From Leidyana gryllorum EB-2025a (taxonomy: Eukaryota > Protista > Apicomplexa): a DNA stretch of 10,396 nt. Below, one piece after another: positions 6,551 to 10,396 of this stretch. The number at the start of each line of letters is the position of its first letter. Within the stretch, counting starts at the first letter, position 1. The stretch is from NCBI GenBank assembly GCA_048772705.1, contig JBLWGC010000014.1, positions 1-10,396 of the forward strand, read 5' to 3'. A program made the position numbers and the translations under genes. The notes under the pieces were generated by a model. That model ran no database searches. It worked only from the letters and a program-made list of their open reading frames with translations, and was not told where the DNA came from.

Positions 6551-6621
6551 AGGAGTGTAGCTCAGTGAAAAGTGTTGGGCTCATAATCCAAAGGTCTGTC
6601 GATCGAAACGACGCACTGCTA
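6551..6621 (+). pseudogene. initiator tRNA-Met(CAT), degenerate
   Basis: A1-T72, GGG-CT-CAT-AA, eukaryotic iMet T-loop ATCGAAA; G:G acceptor mismatch and D-loop GG lost. Confidence 0.75.
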
Positions 6622-6670
6622 AGTGTGCGCAGAAGGGGAACAGTTATAGAATAGATTGCCTCGCGAGCAC

Positions 6671-6742
6671 AGCCTTCTGCCGGAATCGAACCGGCGACCT
6701 TTCGCTTACTAAGCGAATGCTCTGCCCCTAAGCTAAGAAGGC
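6671..6742 (-). tRNA. tRNA-Thr(AGT)
   Basis: GCCTTCT/AGAAGGC+T, TTCGC-TT-AGT-AA-GCGAA, GCCGGTTCGATTCCGGC. Confidence 0.93.
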
Positions 6743-6846
6743 ATTCTCTGTCTCGATCCATATGAGGGTTTGATGCTGGGAATAGCATCATTTCCACCAC
6801 AGAATTCATGCGTGAGTTGGCGTGTGACCCCTCCAATCACATCGCA

Positions 6847-6928
6847 CGACAACTGCTGGATCTGCACCAGCGCGGCCCAGGCCCAGTTGAATTCCAATCT
6901 ACCCCCCTCCCCACTCGGGCAAGTTGGC
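6847..6928 (-). pseudogene. tRNA-Ser pseudogene (anticodon GGA)
   Basis: Colinear with 3070-3151; T-loop TGCAGAT and multiple stem mismatches. Confidence 0.78.
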
Positions 6929-7014
6929 AACTGTCTTCCGGCATGCGGCGAAGAGTGGCCCCACATACGGCCGCGATAATTGCTTATTTTCACCGCCTCC
7001 CGTGCCTACCTACC

Positions 7015-7087
7015 GCCTCGGTAGCTCAGTTGGGAAAGCGCCAGACTGAAGATCTGAAAGTCCCGTCTTCGATCCACGGCCGAGGCA
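7015..7087 (+). tRNA. tRNA-Phe(GAA), variant
   Basis: Three substitutions relative to 707-779, including G53C in the B-box. Confidence 0.82.
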
Positions 7088-7215
7088 GAGAGGTTGTGGC
7101 ATTTGGTGTCATCCCTCGCAGCCGTGCGACTCGAGCTTGCCAGCAGCGTTCCGCAGATTTTCAATGGGCAATCGTCCACTCCAAGCACGGCATGCAATAG
7201 CTCTTCGAAGTTGGA

Positions 7216-7311
7216 GACCGCTAGCTCAAAGGGTAGAGTGCACAGATCGCGGGGTGGTCCGAGGTCCAAACTCGAATTTTGATGCCGCAAGTCTGCATGG
7301 CTCCGAATGTC
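7216..7311 (+). pseudogene. composite tRNA remnant (unassigned 5' fragment plus Leu(CAA)-like remnant)
   Basis: CTAGCTCAAAGGGTAGAGTG A-box-like segment, then CGCAAGTCTGCATGG shared with Leu 6207-6290; ends approximate. Confidence 0.45.
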
Positions 7312-7351
7312 AGCCACTCTTGTCGATTCCGCTGTAGAGCGAGACCACGAG

Positions 7352-7424
7352 AACGGTGGGCGGGACTCGAACCCACAACCTTTGCCTCCGGAGCGCAACA
7401 CGCTATGCATTGCGCCACCACCGC
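7352..7424 (-). tRNA. tRNA-Arg(CCG), slightly degenerate
   Basis: GCGGTGG/CCACCGT, CT-CCG-GA, GGTTCGAGTCC; D-loop GG changed to GC and one anticodon-stem mismatch. Confidence 0.8.
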
Positions 7425-7593
7425 ACAATCCACAGCCTCACTGTCTGCGACGCCTGAGTCGTGATATCGCCTGGCCCCGCTATTTCGATTAAGCAGTTGT
7501 CAAGTGGACGTGGTAGGCGGAGTTCGAAAGACTCCTTATCTTATTTGAGACAGGGGTTCAACTCTCCTAGACCCTCGTCAGAGCCTAGCAAAA

Positions 7594-7665
7594 GGGCTGT
7601 TCTGGGAATCGAACCCAGGACTCCTTCCACCCTAAGGAAGGATCATACCACTAGACCAAACAGCC
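7594..7665 (-). tRNA. tRNA-Pro(AGG)
   Basis: GGCTGTT/AACAGCC+C, TGGTCTAGTGG, CTTCC-TT-AGG-GT-GGAAG, GGTTCGATTCC; followed by TTTT. Confidence 0.94.
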
Positions 7666-7894
7666 GACTGATCGGTGGTGCAAATTGCTGGTAGAGTCGG
7701 GAGACTGGTCATAACATGTCAAGAACCACTAAATGCTATGGGGTCTGCACAGCGGGCGACTAGCTCAAATGATATAGCACTCGCTTGACATGCGAGAAAT
7801 ACTTGGATCAATGCCCAGGTCGTCCAAGCTTCTAACGGCTGCACCTCCGGTATCTGAAAACAGAGTCACGACCGAATGGAGTTGACGCCCGATC
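7661..7894 (+). repeat. Pro/Ala spacer plus Ala block, inverted copy at 10163-10396
   Basis: 15 differences in 234 bp; the copy runs off the window end. Confidence 0.92.
7754..7826 (+). pseudogene. tRNA-Ala(AGC)-derived pseudogene (anticodon now GAC)
   Basis: GGGCGAC/GTCGTCC+A with G3.U70 retained; D-loop and T-loop mutated. Confidence 0.78.
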
Positions 7895-7902
7895 ACATTA
7901 CA

Positions 7903-7962
7903 CGACAACTGCTGGATTCGAATCACCGCGAGCCAGACCCTTAATCACTCGGGCAAGTTGCC
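7903..7962 (-). pseudogene. tRNA-Ser pseudogene lacking the anticodon arm
   Basis: 60 nt versus 82 nt for 3070-3151; the 22-nt gap spans the anticodon stem-loop. Confidence 0.78.
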
Positions 7963-8050
7963 AACTGTTGAATTGGACATCCCGCGGGCAGTGGCTCCAC
8001 AGAGGGCTGCGGTGAGTGCCTATCTTCACCGCGTTTCAAGGCTTTCTAGC

Positions 8051-8123
8051 GCCTCGGTAGCTCAGTTGGGAGAGCGCCAGACTGAAGATCTGGAAGTCCC
8101 GTGCTCGATCCACAGCCGAGGCA
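8051..8123 (+). tRNA. tRNA-Phe(GAA), variant
   Basis: Two substitutions relative to 707-779 (T54C and a T-stem mismatch). Confidence 0.82.
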
Positions 8124-8170
8124 GAGAGGTTGTGGCATCTGGTGTCAAAATCCCTCGCGCCCGTGCGAGG

Positions 8171-8194
8171 GTTCTGCCCCTCAGCTAACCAGGC
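8171..8194 (-). pseudogene. tRNA-Thr 5' fragment
   Basis: GTTCTGCCCCTCAGCTAACCAGGCA plus CTGTCTCGATC flank aligns to 6719-6758. Confidence 0.55.
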
Positions 8195-8261
8195 AGGCCC
8201 TGTCTCGATCACATAACGGTATGGCTGAGGCCAACACCTTCGAACGTTTCATTCCATCTTC

Positions 8262-8333
8262 AGGGCACGCGCGGAGTTGAACCACGGACTTGCTGATCTG
8301 CAGTCAGCTGCTCTACCACTGAGCTACGTACCC
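8262..8333 (-). tRNA. tRNA-Cys(GCA)
   Basis: GGGTACG/CGTGCCC+T, TAGCTCAGTGGTAGAGC, GCTGA-CT-GCA-GA-TCAGC, GGTTCAACTCC. Confidence 0.94.
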
Positions 8334-8397
8334 AGAACTGCCCCTCATACTCACTCAACTCGGTCCTGTCTCCTCACTTGAAGCAAAACCGCCGTGT

Positions 8398-8424
8398 ACG
8401 TCGTGACCACTAGACCATAGCTGC
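8398..8424 (-). pseudogene. tRNA-Val 5' fragment
   Basis: GCAGCTATGGTCTAGTGGTCACGACGT; marks the end of the inverted duplication. Confidence 0.7.
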
Positions 8425-8488
8425 ACGGATGGTCCCCGCAGCCCCAGAGGAGTGGCGAAGTTTCAGGGAGTACGGAGGACCAGTGCCA

Positions 8489-8560
8489 AGGTCGCGCCGG
8501 GAATCGAACCCAGGTCGGGAAATTCAAAGTCTCCAGTGCTAAGCACTACATCACGCAACC
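8489..8560 (-). tRNA. tRNA-Gln(TTG), degenerate paralogue of Gln(CTG) 3696-3767
   Basis: Four substitutions versus 3696-3767, including anticodon C34T and two A-box changes. Confidence 0.78.
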
Positions 8561-8716
8561 GGTTCAACCCATCCCAAAAGAGTCGGTACAGCCATCCGGA
8601 CCAGCGCACCTTCCGTCGGGATTCCCGTGCGAACTGTCAGTGGTGTAGGTACACCCCCTTCTCGATGTCAGTATTTGGCTCTGGAATGACTGTTTGGCGG
8701 GGTGGACGACGGTCTG

Positions 8717-9524
8717 TGTTATTTGCCGTGCTCCCACTCTCCAGAACGATGGCTTGTCGTCCGAACCCTTCGTCCCGGGTATTCTGGAGGACATAGTTGG
8801 AAGAAATATTTCATGCATTGCGGACGAGCCGCACACGGAAAAGACAACACGAGGACTACCTGAGTCTTCCGGGGAAAAGACTTCTTGTATCCTGTTGTTG
8901 TAGAACTCTGACCGTCGCTCCTGTGTCCGTGTCCTCTCGCCGTCCGCTGCGACTCTACGCTGGCGTCGTCCAGCCTAGGGCTGTCCAACTGAGTAGTAGC
9001 TGTAGCCGTAGCGTCGAGCCAAAACCCAATACCAGCTAGAGTCCGGACCGTAGTCGGGTCGTCGAGGCGCACGTCCTGAGGGCGAGGTAGAGTACGCCGG
9101 GAGGTGACTGTAGAGGCCAAGGGTCGTAGTCGGGACGGTAGCGTGTGGTAGCGGGCGTGTGTGTAGGTCGTAGTAGGGCACGGGCGTGGTAGTGGGAGCA
9201 GGGATTCCGTAGGTGATAGGTCGTCCCCCTTTTCAGAGGTACTCCCTATATAAGTGCCAAATATGTAGGGAAGTATCCAGATGGATGTTCATCCCACTGG
9301 CGGAATCACATAGAGTCAGAATCCGGAACCCGATAGTGAGGCACCCGATAGTTATGGGACACACTCATAGGTTGAACGGGGACTCGGAGTCGAGCCTGCT
9401 GATCCACTCGCCCTACGACAGCACTACCACACTAAGCTTAGCTCTTCAGCTGATATGTTCTTGATCAGTTCATGTCGCTTGTGCTACCTTGACTCCGGTC
9501 GTACGCCCGACTGCGGATATAACA
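8717..9524. mobile_element. solo LTR-like insertion (808 bp)
   Basis: TGTTAT...ATAACA termini; GTCTG duplicated at 8712-8716 and 9525-9529; empty site present once as CAGAC at 3539-3543 in the inverted paralogue. Confidence 0.9.
9244..9289. promoter_or_regulatory. 46-bp conserved LTR motif with TATATAA, copy 2
   Basis: 46/46 identical to 5888-5933; regulatory role inferred. Confidence 0.55.
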
Positions 9525-9616
9525 GTCTGAGCGGCCGCTTCAATCCCAGTCATGGGGTTTTGCTGTGCACATCACTCGCTCCTTCGGCTAGTGACTGTTC
9601 ACCTCAACTCTGAAGC

Positions 9617-9690
9617 GGTCACATATTCCAGTCGGTTAGAGCGTGAGCCTGATAACTTCCGAGTCCGCGACTGGAGCCCGCGCGTGACCC
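9617..9690 (+). pseudogene. tRNA-Ile(GAT)-like pseudogene
   Basis: One difference from 3378-3451. Confidence 0.65.
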
Positions 9691-9790
9691 AGTGAGTGGA
9701 TCTCTGATATAGATTCGCCCTGTGCCCGAGGAAGGCCCAAGATTCCACGATCAATACGAATGGAATTTGTTACTAAGTCCGAGCTTCGTT

Positions 9791-9857
9791 GCCGCCCCAA
9801 GTCCGTCGGTAGAGCGCAAGACTTTTGAGGGGAGACCGCGGGTTTGGGCAGCGCGAG
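9791..9857 (+). pseudogene. tRNA-Lys(TTT)-like pseudogene
   Basis: GCCGCCCCAAGTCCGTCGGTAGAGCGCAAGACTTTT; 3' half decayed. Confidence 0.6.
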
Positions 9858-9918
9858 AACTCAAGCTTGCTGAACCGTATGTGAAACCATTGGCCGCAAT
9901 ATGCCGAGTTCGACAGGT

Positions 9919-10000
9919 GGCAACTTGCCCGAGTGGTTGAGGGGGTAGACTAGAAATCTACTGGGCCTGGCCCGCGCTGGTTTAAATCCAGCAGTTGTCG
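9919..10000 (+). tRNA. tRNA-Ser(AGA), C56T variant
   Basis: Two differences from 3070-3151; same TTTAAAT T-loop. Confidence 0.83.
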
Positions 10001-10064
10001 TGCGATGTGGTGGAAATAATGCAATTCCCAGCATCAAAAACTCATATGGGTCGAGACAGGGAAT

Positions 10065-10136
10065 GCCTCCTTAGCTTAGGGGCATAGCATTCGCTTTGTA
10101 AGCGAAAGGTCGCTGGTTCGATTCCGACAGGAGGCT
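10065..10136 (+). tRNA. tRNA-Thr(TGT)
   Basis: GCCTCCT/AGGAGGC+T, TTCGC-TT-TGT-AA-GCGAA, GGTTCGATTCC; one T-stem mismatch. Confidence 0.87.
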
Positions 10137-10230
10137 TCAGTCATCAGCCTAAACATGGTTGCGATCGGGCGTCAACTCCATTCGGTCGTGACTCTGTTTT
10201 CAGATACCGGAGGTGCAGCCGGTGGAAGTT

Positions 10231-10303
10231 TGGACGACCTGGGCATCGATCCCAGCATCTCTCGCCTGCTACGCGAGTGCTACATAATTTGAGCTAGTCG
10301 CCG
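10231..10303 (-). pseudogene. tRNA-Ala(AGC) pseudogene
   Basis: Inverted paralogue of 7754-7826; G1C, D-loop GG lost, loop GT-AGC-AG. Confidence 0.78.
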
Positions 10304-10396
10304 GCTGTGCACACCCCATAGCATTTAGTGGTTCTTGACATGTTATGACCAGTCTCCCGACTCTACCAGCAATTTGCACCACCGATCAGTCGGCTG

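Larger units (their letters stand above)
8398..10166 (-). repeat. segmental duplication, right arm, interrupted by LTR-like insertion
   Basis: Reverse complement of 2904-3857 once 8717-9529 is removed. Confidence 0.93.

Noticed and set aside
7505-7575. Possible tRNA remnant with AGGGGTTCAACTCTCCT
   Set aside because: Only a T-arm-like hairpin; no D arm or acceptor pairing could be built
89-8836. Listed ORFs overlapping tRNAs, including the 188 aa (1655-2221) and 164 aa (3647-4141) ORFs
   Set aside because: They are translations of tRNA sequence; recurring peptides such as GSIP, GIEP and GFEP are B-box read-outs, and no protein domain is recognisable
8719-9181. ORFs inside the 808-bp insertion as gag or transposase
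   Set aside because: Short, low-complexity, with no zinc knuckle, RT, integrase or DDE motif
115-10303. tRNA-derived SINEs
   Set aside because: No shared body or tail and no target-site duplications; copies move as multi-gene DNA modules with their 5' flanks
1-10396. CRISPR array or regular tandem repeat
   Set aside because: Recurrent motifs are tRNA A/B boxes at irregular spacing on both strands; there is no constant repeat unit
1-10396. Bacterial, phage or organellar tRNA array
   Set aside because: Both strands, no encoded CCA, A34 anticodons for Thr/Ala/Pro/Ser, eukaryotic iMet and Ala T-loops, and LTR-like inserts

Overview
No credible protein-coding gene is present. The window is a very dense eukaryotic tRNA gene/pseudogene field: about 57 tRNA-derived loci in 10.4 kb on both strands, without introns or encoded CCA, covering 19 of the 20 amino-acid families (no Tyr found) plus initiator Met. 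It is a mosaic of duplicated, inverted and deleted multi-tRNA modules, including a ~950 bp inverted segmental duplication (2904-3857 vs 8398-10166). Two solo-LTR-like insertions (5433-6012 and 8717-9524; TG...CA ends, short terminal inverted repeats, perfect 5-bp target-site duplications) share an identical 46-bp TATA-containing motif, and each sits about 90 bp upstream of a tRNA-derived locus inside a long head-to-head spacer. Paralogue comparison shows substitutions concentrated in tRNA bodies rather than spacers, anticodon-switched copies, an Ala/Pro chimeric tRNA and a tRNA split by an inversion. The host is a eukaryote (A34 anticodons, eukaryotic iMet T-loop); an oomycete-like protist is only a guess. 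All calls and counts were made by eye.
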